A stretch of 64,000 nucleotides of DNA. Source: Paraphysomonas bandaiensis (Eukaryota > Protista > Chrysophyceae). A model generated the notes under the pieces. That model saw only the letters and a program-made list of their open reading frames with translations. It searched no databases and was not told the origin of the DNA. Of the stretch, positions 1 to 12,104 are shown one piece after another. Position numbers and translations under genes: made by a program. The stretch is taken from assembly GCA_965644295.1 (NCBI GenBank), contig CBFFRP010000199.1:310001-374000 (forward strand). Reading direction: 5' to 3'. Position 1 is the stretch's first letter; each line of letters starts with the position of its first letter.

Positions 1-781
1 GCTGCTCCCAAACCCAAAGTGCTAACTCTGTCACACGATGTTCATGCTCTGGCGGAAATATCTTTGATAGCTCCTGGCGCTCACTCTCCTCCACCGGCCA
101 GTATAGTTCGCACTCTCGCGCTGCATGGAGGTACGTTGTTGCCCACAACGCTTTCTGTAGCTTAGAGAGGATTGTATCACTGGCCCCAACAGTGCGAAAC
201 ACATCAATGAGGAAGTCTTTGTTTTCTTCCGTTTTAACCTTCCAGCTCTCCTCAGTGTTCTGTCTGTTCTTAATTATATCAGCCTTATCTTTAAAGACCT
301 TCCAAGGACGGAAGTAGTTATCCGCATCCACAGGATAAAATGATGGTTTAGGGCCCACAACCTGGATAAATATAATAATCAGAACACAGTGTACATAAGA
401 AATATATTCACCTGGCCCCCCATGGCCCTATTAAATCCCACAATAAAGTCATCTCCGCTTTCCTTAGCCCTGTCAGATTTGCTGCATCTCCAAAATATGC
501 GGCTACGCTCTGCATCCACCGCACCAGATCTGATATAACGGTCGACATACCACTCTCCTAATAACTCACACTGCATATGACCAACTGAACTAAGATTCTC
601 CCTCTCATTTTCTTTCCACTGAGATTTAACGGGGTGATCATCTGGCCAGGGTGTCAGTTCGGATGCTAGAAAACAACAACAACGATTACATCTTAAGCTG
701 AGAGGAGTTCTGTACATACATACCGCCCGGGCCCCTTGAACCATGGCGGTGAAGTATGGATACCGAAAGCAATTTAGGCAT
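1..781 (-). CDS. Histidine acid phosphatase (branch 2) family protein, 5' part; runs off the window start
   Basis: ATG at 781 gives MPKLLSVSILHRHGSRGP (RHGxRxP motif). A GT-AG intron at ~666-723 joins it in frame to ...LSSVGHMQCELLGEWY...RCSKSDRAKESG. A second intron lies at ~363-411. Confidence 0.85.
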
Positions 782-1201
782 GTTAGTTGAATCCTTCTAA
801 TTCTTCTGACTTGTGTAGCAGGGAGGCACCTGGCAGTGCTCGGAGGATTATCACACTGCGGATTCCTGCCTGTTCTTGTAGCGAAATATTTGATCCATAT
901 TTTTTAGCATACAAAAATAACAGCATCCAACAGTCACTTGTATCCTACATACGGCGGTACACCGTGAGTATCTTTGCACAATGAAATACAACGTATCACT
1001 GCGTATATGTATGGTACGCACTTACGAAGTAGCAGGATACAATGCTGTACTCTGCAGTACGGCGTACTGTTCAATGAATAACTATCCAATAAAACATCTT
1101 CACTCAGATCAGCGACTTTTTAATTGGGTAAATTTCGTGGAAATGAACAGGAAATTTACTCGTGCATGAAGTGCAAGTGATGTGTGCAGCAGGTAGGCAG
1201 A

Positions 1202-1239
1202 ATACTATACTATACTATACTATACTATACTATACTATA
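1202..1239. repeat. (TATAC)n pentanucleotide microsatellite
   Basis: About 7 tandem copies of tatac/ctata upstream of the oxygenase gene. Confidence 0.95.
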
Positions 1240-1329
1240 TGCAATCAGTCAGTTGGCAGAACAGGAAACACACAGATACCAGCCCTGAGTGAGTATTTTT
1301 AGCAGAATCTATTAGTTTGTATAGGAAGG

Positions 1330-2328
1330 ATGACTTCCACACATGATTATATTCCTCTCATCGATGCAAAGTGCCTCTTTGACGAAGACCACCCCCTGCA
1401 TGGCGATACAGTACACAATTTGCTTCATTCCGTTCAAACATCAGGTTTTCTTATCTTACGGAATTCTGCTTTATCCCCTTCTATTATTGATGATGTAATA
1501 TCATCCTACCAACAGTTCTTTAGTCTTCCAAAAGAAAAGAAGGAAACAGTGGATATGACCAGGAGCTCCTCGAATAGAGGGTGGGGATACAGTGGAGCAG
1601 AGCGTGTCAGCTCCATTTATAATTCTGACTACAAAGAGTTCTTTGACTGTGGCATAGAATTACCTCCCAACTTGCCAGTTCAAGGGGTTCGATATTACGA
1701 TCCTAATTTGTGGCCCAGTGAGGATTTAGCTCCCAACTTTCGTGCTAAAATCTTATCTTATTATGATGCAGCAAGCGAAGTTTCGCAACAGCTTCTTGTA
1801 GCAATTGCCAGGTGTCTTGGCCTTCCCGCGGAATACTTTTCGTCGTGCTTTACCTGTCCGATGTCTCTCTTGAGAGGCAACTACTACCCACCCCGCCCTG
1901 ATTGGGCATCCGAAAAAGATTTTGGAATTGCCCCTCATACAGATTACGGGTGTCTTACTTTGGTCGTATCTGACGGTACACCAGGTTTAGAAGTTCAAAC
2001 CATTACAGGAGAATGGATAAACGTTACTCCCAGTGTTCCTGGAGATATCGTGGTGAACTTCGGCGATATGCTTGAGTTGTGGTCAGGCCACAGTGTACGT
2101 GCAACCATGCATAGAGTTGTAGGTTCCTCTGAAGAACGCTACTCCTGCGCATTTTTCTATAACCCGAACTACAACACTAATATTGCTCCGCCGACATCTC
2201 AAGATGTCACGTCAGAATCAAGCGAGCCGATATATGCTGGGGAGTACTTGACGAAGCGATACGATGAAACCTACGTGCATATCTCTGAGAAAAAGCTTAC
2301 TGATAATTCAATTACTCAGCCAGAGTAA
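1330..2328 (+). CDS. 2OG-Fe(II) oxygenase, isopenicillin N synthase-like (DIOX_N + 2OG-FeII_Oxy), intronless
   Basis: 332-aa ORF with the HxD..H triad (APHTDYG ... TMHRV), the RxS 2OG-binding motif (ERYS) and N-terminal GF/NRGW/DYKE motifs. Confidence 0.93.
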   Translation: MTSTHDYIPLIDAKCLFDEDHPLHGDTVHNLLHSVQTSGFLILRNSALSPSIIDDVISSYQQFFSLPKEKKETVDMTRSSSNRGWGYSGAERVSSIYNSDYKEFFDCGIELPPNLPVQGVRYYDPNLWPSEDLAPNFRAKILSYYDAASEVSQQLLVAIARCLGLPAEYFSSCFTCPMSLLRGNYYPPRPDWASEKDFGIAPHTDYGCLTLVVSDGTPGLEVQTITGEWINVTPSVPGDIVVNFGDMLELWSGHSVRATMHRVVGSSEERYSCAFFYNPNYNTNIAPPTSQDVTSESSEPIYAGEYLTKRYDETYVHISEKKLTDNSITQPE

Positions 2329-2947
2329 AAATTGTTAAAATAGCAGCGTGTTGGTAGTGAGCTTCATTGCACACTTCAGTTCATTCTTTAGCGCTACACA
2401 TCAGACCAGATTTCCTTGCTTCAAGTTGATATACTTTTTAATATATATTTTCCTGTATTGTAATTAATTTATTTCTAATAGCACCGTTTCTAAATATTTT
2501 AAAGCATATATATGAATATTTAGGAATTACGTAGAAAGTGCACGAGTTTAAGTTATATGCAAATATGTGCTACCAATAGGATAAAAGAGTTCACTGTCGG
2601 GACTGTAGAGCACGGAGGAAATATATCTAATGTAAATTTCTTCATTGTAGAGAAAAGAGAAGAGTAAAACCCAGCAAGGTTACATATTCTTGCTTCTTTT
2701 ATAAACGTTTTGGAGTCCGTTCCTCCATTTACTTCAATAGCTAACGCGATGGAAATTATTAACGTACTATGAATGAATCAAAATTTCGTAAGTTCTGTTT
2801 TTATTATTTCGCAAGAACCACAGCACACTCTGTATTCTGTTTAATACTTTTCTTGCATTAGGTATGAATAAGCAAATAAAAGTCCAACTCAAGACATGTA
2901 TCTCACTCTTTTATAGGTATAAATTAAATCAGTATATGGCCGTATAA

Positions 2948-5236
2948 TTACACTTGCAGGTACTTTTTCGGGAACAGTTGAGAGTCGCAGTAAGTTGTCC
3001 TCAGATCGTCATTGTCATCACCACCTTCCTCCATGACTTCGCCTTCACGAAGAGTTCGTCCCTCACAGACTGTCATTTGGGAATGGGAAATTTCAAGAGG
3101 GAAAGAACATGTCCAGGTGGACAGCATTTGCTGATTAGAATTTTCCCCACTATCTGAAGAGCTAATGGCATCTGTCACATGAAGCAGAGTAAGTGCAATA
3201 TAGAATAACGATATTGATCATATCAAAGCATCATTGCTTTCACCTGCAGTGTAGAAACGGCTACTTGGAGTAAAACAATGAGTATCACCGTCCACAAGGT
3301 AGGCTAGAAAGTTATCGTATATGTTGTAACTCTACAGAATATCACATAAGACTGTTATCGACAGCTAGCAGAAAACCGACAATAGATAGAAAACACAAAG
3401 CGTTCATTGGTTGTAAACATCAAATGGACACACACTAGGTGGCTATAATCATACATATATTGCCTGCTACAGAGTATTGAGTGATCATCTGGTACTTACT
3501 TCGAATATTTCATTGACACCTGCATAGAATTTTGTCGGGCTAATCAGAATATCCATATCTTGTGACAAAGCCACAGCCATGTAGTACGCCAGTTGAACTG
3601 AATCTACTTTAGACTATACAAGTCATGTCAGTCCATTACATATACATGGAAAACAATAATAGCAATCTTCAGGTATTCGCGCATGTCAAGTTCAAATAGG
3701 GCATATCAGATATAAGTAAGAGTATCAATGAAAACAAACACCGATAAATGTATTCTTTTGACACAAATTGCAGGTATCTAGCGAAAGGTCGCCAATCTTA
3801 CCTGAATAAAAGAAAACGGAACAGTAGGGTGCTTCTGAATATTGTCAACAGTCATGTCTTGCAGAGAGAGTAATTGATTATAACATTTCTCCAAGTTATC
3901 ATCACTTAGAAATTCCTTGCCAATATCACACAGCCCCTATAATGATGTGTTAGCAATCTATCACCCCACGACAACATCGCATGTGTTGAGCACTTGCAAT
4001 ATCATCTTGATTCGTGTACAACACGTATCTGCAAACGTTTAGTTACAATCCATCACAGTAAACTCACATAGTCATAAAATATTGCCCCCATGGAATTCTC
4101 TGGGAAGACCCCAGCATAACTGTCGGGTATAACTGCTGCCTAAGGTAACATAGATTTCTACGTTACAACGAAAACTGTACATAGACGTATTTTGACCGCA
4201 GGCCAATATACAATACATTCACACTCTTACATTTTTCCACTTCAACGAGTTCAAAACCCTATCTGCCCAAACTTGCGCCCCAATTGAGCCAGCCGAGCAT
4301 CCCATAATCACCAGAGACGTGAGGGTTGGTGCAAGAGCTCCTGAGAGTTGTTGAGCGACGGTCCAATCCAGAACACTCTGCGCATTGGCAAAGCCTAAAC
4401 AAAATATAAACTATAAATAAATATATGTTCAGCATGGCGAATAGTGCCGTGACGATAAGGCAATCAACAAAATTGCTGTGAGTACCTTTTTGTGTCACCG
4501 GGACGCCCGCTCTATCGGTATAGCTCCTCACCACATCCCCAACATAAATGTCTCCCGAACAATATAAAATATGTACAAGAGTATAGTCCTTATATGCGTT
4601 GTCGATATTGGTACGGTTAAATACACCCGACAACTTATCAGGAATAGCATCAGTGTTACAAAATTCCAGCCGGGTTGTGTGCTCTGTCCAGCATGCTCCC
4701 CCGCCTATGATATTCAATATTCGTGAATATACATATCACATAAAATATGTCACGACATTGCAGAGGAAATGATATATATAAGATAATGAGCAAATACCTT
4801 GGAAAAAGAATAGCACTTTATCAGTATCTCCTGGGATAACTTCGAACGCAAAAGGCGAGGAGTAAGAATAGATGCAACGTGTCTCTCCTCCTATAAACAG
4901 GTAATATAGTCAGTTCAATAATCGCAGTGAACCATAAAATATTGTAGTGTTAATATCAATGTTATCAATCGGTTTCACATGAAATCAAATGTATCACGTA
5001 AAGTCATTTGGCAGTAGCATAAGATCACCTGGTAAGACCATTGTCGAACTGTTGCGTGGCATTGTGTTCATGCCACATGAATCCGTATCTGTAATATTAC
5101 AGCAGGTATTGTCAACACATAGCGGCTCATCAGCTTGTGGTCTCGACCGAATGTATTCATGAATTATCTCGGTGTGGTCAAAGCACCATACTCGTGCAAT
5201 CAAAGTTACAGTAATGAGAAGAAGGCACCGCAGCAT
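2948..5236 (-). CDS. Secreted pectinacetylesterase/Notum-like alpha/beta hydrolase, multi-exon
   Basis: Signal peptide MLRCLLLITV, spliced FFFQGGGACW, LYCSGD, nucleophile GCSAG, and C-terminal DGDTHCF with the catalytic His. The last exon ends at TAA 2948-2950. Many short introns. Confidence 0.85.
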
Positions 5237-5676
5237 ATGTCACACAACACTACTATGCACTCTCAATAGACGCCTTCAGGAGGAAACACTGACAACTACG
5301 TTAGGCAGGTAAGAGTATCAACCGCTCCATCGCATCCTACTTCAGGTGTATCTGTAGATGTGTATATGTACGTATATATACTGCTATATATATATGTATG
5401 TACGTCAATTGTGCTGCTGCTGTATGTTTAGATGTGTGCACTGTACTTGTATGCATGTACTTCAATGCCGTACCAGTATACAAGTGGGAGTTTGTGCAGA
5501 GGTACTATACAGTGAAGTGGAGGTGTGGACTGACAACACACAATAAAAGTGATATCAACGTTTTCAGTTATGTGCTGCAGCGTGTTCAATTCGACTCTCA
5601 TCTCATTGCAACAGTGACGATACCACTTCGCGATCAGTGATCAGAAAACATTGTTAAGCTCACGAGTAATTAGGAA

Positions 5677-7613
5677 ATGGCGGACGACAATGGTGGGTTG
5701 GTTAATCATTTTCGTTTATTTACTCTGAGGTTTGTGTGATGTCAGACTGGATATTCGATTATGTGCTGCAATTTCTGGAATCGGATAAATTCGATGCAGC
5801 TGTTATGGATTTTGTAGACGAGAAGTGTTATGTGTTCGACAATGACGAAGAAAATAAGTTCATCTACACTGACATATACCATGAATTTCTTGATCATGTA
5901 GGTTTGCACTTTGCATTGCCATATCACGACGTTTGATAATCTGCATTTACCGCAGATGGAAACTATTATTTCCTCGAACCTCGCCCAGCTAGACATCAGT
6001 ACGGATACATTTTACGAAGCATGTCAGACAAGTCGTTCCAATCGAGATATTAATCGTCGAGTGTTCGAAAAAATCGTTGCAATGGAAGATTTCACAGTAT
6101 TTAAAAAGATAATGGTTAAACGCAACATGGAACTCCAGTATGAGGCTATGATGTCGTACAAGGCATTTGCAGAGTTGGGTAGTGATTTGGGTGAGTTGTC
6201 AGGTTTACCGGACCCGGATGAGCTGGAAGCAATGCTTGACACGAAGAATGAGTTACAGGAGAGGGAAGATGAGAAAGATGATACCATGGAAAAGACAGCG
6301 GAGCAGGTAGTCAGGCATGTGATAATGGTAATTTTTCATATACTTACGGTGTTACATCTCAGCTTGAGGCCATATACAGAGAAAGTCTGTTGGAACTAGA
6401 GATGATTCACAAGCAGGAGGAGATGGAGCAACTGGAACTAGAACAGGCACTGGCCATGTCACTCATTGCAGAAGAAGAAAGGCTACGACGTGCACGAATT
6501 GAAGCTAAGAATGCCCCTGACGATGACGAAGAGGTATCTAATAATGCAAGTTGTTTTGGATAGATATTAGTTTCGTGTAATTGTGGTTGTATTCCAATAT
6601 TTTATTCTCGTAGTCTCCCGTTACATCACAATATTTACTGACAACTGTTTGAATCTTGGCATATTTTAAAGGAAGTAACTATGGAAAATCAATCCTCTGC
6701 TGACGCCAAGGCCACTCGCACCTCCACGACCTCGAAACATTCTTCCAAGCCTTCACCTGCTTCTCATTCTGACGAACCGAAGCAAGAATTTGCTGATCCG
6801 AAGCCACTACGAACAACTGGTGGGAGTTCGTCGTTATCTCCAATGAAGGCGCTGCCACCCATTAGCAAAGGACCAAAACCTGATTTGGTGGAATTGAATG
6901 CTCAGTACCAAGGTATGCCTATCATATGTTGGCCCAACAGTAGAATAGAAGCAACTGATTAGTACAATCTTTCACGAATATGAAGAAACCGGACATGCTG
7001 CTTTTTTCAATGCCTGCTAGTAGACGTCTTACTTTTGTGAACAGGCAAACGCAAACAAGCCGAAGACGCCTTTCGGCGTAACCAGGCGCACCTCGCCCAG
7101 AAACGTCAGCAGCAAGATGAGATCACCAAAGATATACCTGTGGCCAGTGCAGAGGCAGAGAGGAGAGCTAAGTACATGGCAGAGCAGCGAGATCGACTCA
7201 TTGCACTAAAGAAAAAAGAGAGAGAAGAGAAAGTTAGGTTGGAGGAGGAGCGACAAGCAAAACTCCAAGACGAAAATAGGAAGAGGGCTGCTGCAGAACG
7301 CTCTAGTGAACTGGATTCAAAGGGATCTTGTAGCGATGAGGCTGACGCACAGGAGCAGCAGCGATCTATTATGCGAATGGCTCTCGCTCGTAGGATGAAG
7401 CAGTCATTACTTGAGTCTGAGGAGCAGAGATTGATGCAGCAGCATGAAGATCAGTTCAGTATGCTTGATAAGAAACTCCAGGAGGTGGAAAGGCAGAGAC
7501 AAGAAAATCAGCAACGAGACTTGCTGTTACAGGAAAATTTGCGAAAACAGCAAGCGCAGATGGCACGAAATGTACAGCGATCAGCAGCCCAGATGAGGCA
7601 TCAGGACCGCTAA
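5677..7613 (+). CDS. CFAP36: Cilia- and flagella-associated protein 36-like (ARL2-binding BART domain + coiled coil)
   Basis: DFVDEKCYVFDNDEENKFIYTDIYHEF...AMEDFTVFKKIMVKRNMELQ is a BART domain. The C-terminal RRAKYMAEQRDRLIALKKKER...LARRMK coiled coil is typical of CFAP36. Multi-exon. Confidence 0.85.
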
Positions 7614-8806
7614 TGTGAATTCGTGGGAACTCTGACTATTTATGTCAATAAGACGTATATTTTCATTTAGGGTATTACATTAGTTGCTGCTCTTATTGAC
7701 TACTTGTACAGAGTTGTGAAGGTGTTGTGCCTAGATGTTTGGTGCTACAACCTTTTCCTGCTTTTTTAAGTAATATATCTCCATTGGTGAGAAGTAAGTG
7801 AGGAAAGATATGTTTTTCTAATGCCTTCAATGTATAGTATACTCGCTCTCAACCCACATTAGCTGTCGTGTGCGATTATGGGAATTGTGAAAGTACCTAA
7901 GTTGTGCCACTAAAATTTACCGATAACCCTATATAATACGTGGATTAAAGGAACGTGTATTAATTTTAGTATTCATAAGTGACTATGTACAGAAAAATAC
8001 ATTTCACGATTATAATGTACCTAATTAACTGAACTACCGAGCAGCACGTTGCATTATAGAATAGGGAATAGGTTATATACGTACTCTATACAGATGTCCC
8101 ACACGAATTAGGAGTTCGGAGACTTCAAAACACTTGTTACTGCATTGTTCAAAAATAATTAATGTACATATTGACACTTAAAAGAAGCTCCAAATCAGAA
8201 TCAAACGTACATTTCATCATCTGTTTTTCATCCTGGAAAAGAACTGTGATTAACAATAGCGCTTCCAAAATTACGGAAAGAGCTTCACTACAATATAAAC
8301 ATCCTCTACTGTGAATCGTTTATCATCACCAGCCCACTGCCGATATATGTTGAGAGTTGAGAGTGTGCAGTCAAGTCATCAACTGCATGCTCATGTCACA
8401 CACGTAAGCTTAATGTGTGCATTACAATGCATAACTCCTGCTGTGGATGAAATCCATGTCCCAAATTATAAAAGAAAGAATCCTTTCAGCAGAGTACACA
8501 GAGGTGTAGGAAACTTCTAAAAACACACCACTTATATAAAAACTAGGGGTTTTGAATGAACTGACTGTTCCGTAGGCGTAGTGCTCTCTGCATTGCAGGG
8601 AAAAACCAGAGCACCATACGGAGAGATTTACTTACAGACATGTGCAGCAGCAGTATACCGTATACGGTGTACCGCCTCATAGGAATTCCTAGCTATACAC
8701 TGCACATATGCATCATCACATAGCAATACACTGTAAATCTGTTGACTCCAACTGTCTCTAGTACATTATATCCTGTGACACATATCCACCAAGTCATATT
8801 GTGTGT

Positions 8807-11221
8807 ATGAAGCAGTCTGTTCTTATTTCAATGGCGTTAGGCTGGGCCGCAGTCCATGGGGATGATTGTTCAGTATCTAACAGTGATAAACAGGATTGGT
8901 AACTATCATACACGCAGACATATCTGTGACTAATCATAGTGTTGCAGTGGGTTTATTGGTATCACTGAGTCGGAGTGTACGTCCAAGGGATGCTGCTGGG
9001 ACTCCTCTGTTAATGACGGCACGCCCTGGTGTTTTAACAAGGCCGGTGCCAGCTCGAACTGCTTCGTGATGAATTACAACATGAAGAGACCATTTTCTGA
9101 CGATGAATTAGATACAATGAGAGGATATTTTGAAGCCAATATTAATATTGAGTCGAAAGGAGGTGTTGTGGCCGCCCCCGACTATGACACTCCAGGAGGG
9201 TCTTATTATTACCACTGGATGAGAGATGGTGCACTCACGATGCGTACATATCAGGAAATTTACTCAAATTTTACTGAAATTGAGAGTACTATGAAAAGCT
9301 ATGTCCAATGGGTTCTGGATGCTCAAGCCGAGGAGGATCCTAATGGACAGGTAGAGGATCTACTTTTTCTTTCGTGGATTAAGTAGTGAATTATTATAAC
9401 ATTTGTATCTATAGGATGTCAGGACGGAACCTAAGTTCGAATTACCAAACGGTGAAGTATTCACTGGCGCGTGGTGCAGACCACAGAATGATGGGCCTGG
9501 GCTACAGGTATGTATTGCGAAGTACTGTATCTGACAAATCATTTTATTTAAGATGAGATGTGTAGTAGCCATAATATCTCTATACCATTTTATTTTAAAG
9601 GTGTAGCTATACATATGTGAAACATTGATGTATAGATGTGAATAAGCTATGGTTATAATATGTGAGGTACTGGTGGTTTGTAGTCACATTTGAACAGGCG
9701 ACTGCTCTTATGATGTTTGCGGACACTCTCATTGCCAATGATCAATCGGATTATGTGTCTACGTACCTCTGGACGAATGATCCCACTGAGTACTATGGAG
9801 GCGCTATTAAACGGGATTTAGATTATATAGTCTCTGGCTTTGCGACAAGTACTTGCGATCTGTGGGAGGAAATTCGATCCACGAATTTATTTTGGAATCG
9901 TCTCACAATGAAAAAAGCTATGGGAATGGGAGCAGATTTCGCGTCTAGAATGGGTGACGAAGCTACTGCAAATAGTTATCGTGATACTGAGCAAAAAATT
10001 AATTCTACTCTCTACGACGACCATTGGAGCGGGTCGTACGTATTGGAAGACACTTCGCGCACCAAGGTCTGTAGTTCTTCATTTTCTTCTTTGAATACAT
10101 TGTGTATTTTGTTTTCTATGGTAGCGATTGATGTTCTCTCTTTGTGACAAATTGGAGCTCGACATAATGCAACATCCATTTTCAGGATTCTGCTGTTATT
10201 GTTGGTTTCAATGCGGGTTACGATAGTTCTGATGGTATGTACAACCCGTCGTCGTATGAAGTTGCATCCACTGTCAGCTCATACAACTCGTTGTTTTGCA
10301 ACGAATACAAGGTGAGTAAGTGTATAAATAATACATGCTATGTATATCATATATAATGTTAGTACATGTTTTTTCGTTCATAATTTGACTTGTGGGTGCA
10401 TTTCTGCTTAATAACGTTGTCGCTGCGTATATTTGAATCTGTTTATGCTTACCGATTTTAGGTGAACACCGATGATAGCGCGAAGGGAATTACTGGTGTG
10501 CTGTATGGAAGGTATTTCGACTTTTCTTCTCGATGGTGTATTACTTGAATGCTATATATGTTATATCAGTGTTACGCGTAGAGCTAAGTGATGTATGGTT
10601 ATATGCACAGGTATGGTGGAGATACGTACGCTGGTGGTAACCCTTGGGTGTTGAGCACTGCTGCACTTGGGCAGCTACTCTATGTAAGTGATCTGTATAA
10701 ATTTCGAAGCAATATATTATGTCAGTATTGTTACTTAGTACATACTTGTCTAAATAAATGCCTACGTGTTTATGTGTCTATGTGTTGATTGCATTTTGCA
10801 CCGGGTAATCTTTTATCAGCGCGCTGCGTCTTATATCTTGGACAATGGTGTTCCTGACTCTACCACTCTCGCGAAATGGGCAGAGGCCTTTAATGCGGAT
10901 GTCAAAGACCTTCCCACTGATTCTGAGTTGTTGGCGGAAGTGTTTGCCGCCGCTGGAGATGGTGTGTTGCTACGACTACGAACTCATGTACAGGGATATA
11001 ACTGGCACTTGGCCGAGCAGCTTGATCGTAATACAGGTATTTTATTTCACGCCGTTCGTTATGCTCATGTCGTATGCATTGATTCTAAAATATGAGTAGA
11101 GAGCTGTGATAGTAATACTCTATATTTAGGTGCCCAGATATCTGCGGAAGACTTGACGTGGAGTTATGCTGAAGTGCTGAATGCTATGCGTCAGCGTGAC
11201 ATCTACATTTCTAAAACATAA
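8807..11221 (+). CDS. Secreted glucoamylase (GH15) with N-terminal trefoil (P-type) domain, multi-exon
   Basis: Signal peptide, then spliced CSVSNSDKQDCGFIGITESECTSKGCCWDSSVNDGTPWCF (trefoil). GH15 motifs follow: YYYHWMRDG, EPKF, WCRPQNDGPG, DLWEE, GGNPW, LAEQLDR, SAEDLTWSYA. Confidence 0.93.
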
Positions 11222-11829
11222 CAACGTGGAGCTATTGAGTACAATGCTTTCGCGCTTTTAGAGGATTTTGTTATTCCTGCTGAAAAACTGAAAACCTCAC
11301 AACTGTACTCTATTCTGTCACACTTGGCTTTGACACTTTGATTGGTATTATTGAATGAGGTCTATCGTTATACCTCCTTGCTGCTGAACATATCTTGGTT
11401 CGCATTTCACTGTGATAAAAGACTGCCGTATAACGTAAGCATAAAAAATATCGCAGGTCATCGCAAGGGTTTTATTGTTGAGGCTACATTTTTTCAGGTT
11501 ACAGTAGGTAGCTACATTTTGGGCAACGGTTGACTAAAATATGCCCCACAACTACATGTGTATTCCACGGAACACGATAAATCTTATCTGCCGTAGAGTA
11601 AAAGGGCGACTATATAAAATAAATAGAGTAATCGTTGTTATGAATTAGTAGATATCTTTACGATAGTGTTGCCATCTGCTGGGTGACCCTTATCCGCACC
11701 CCAACCTCAACTTGCGGGGTGCAGCGATTGTCAGACTTCCACAAAGCGCAACTGGAGAACCCACAAACCAAATTCTCCGACCCAAGGTCCCTCCAACAGC
11801 CACCCTCGGAGTCAACGCCTACACATACC

Positions 11830-12094
11830 TATTAGGATTCAGCTTAATACATGATTGTATCTGTGAGTTATAATATTCAATGAAATATACCATGAACTGA
11901 ATTAGAGAGAGTATCTGTCGAAGATACGTGATCGTCATCATAACGTCGTCATTATCAGTTACACTTCTAACTATTCCGTTGTGCATGATAGTACGTTCTA
12001 TATTGTTATTCATAATTTTCACTCTATCGTGTTCATTACTTACACTCTAATAATCACAACATTGTTTTACTATTATAAAGATCAATTCTTTATT
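11830..12094 (+). repeat. 5' LTR of copia element
   Basis: Identical by eye to 17302-17566. Begins TATTAGG and ends CTTTATT. Confidence 0.97.
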
Positions 12095-12104
12095 TGGTAG
12101 CGAG
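12095..12104 (+). promoter_or_regulatory. Primer binding site, probably for initiator tRNA-Met
   Basis: TGGTAGCGAG is complementary to a tRNA 3' end CUCGCU-A-CCA (U72/A73 as in initiator tRNAs). It abuts the LTR, and the gag ATG follows immediately. Confidence 0.7.

Noticed and set aside
11819-12022. Duplicated 67-68 aa ORFs (also 17288-17494)
   Set aside because: They are antisense frames inside identical LTRs.
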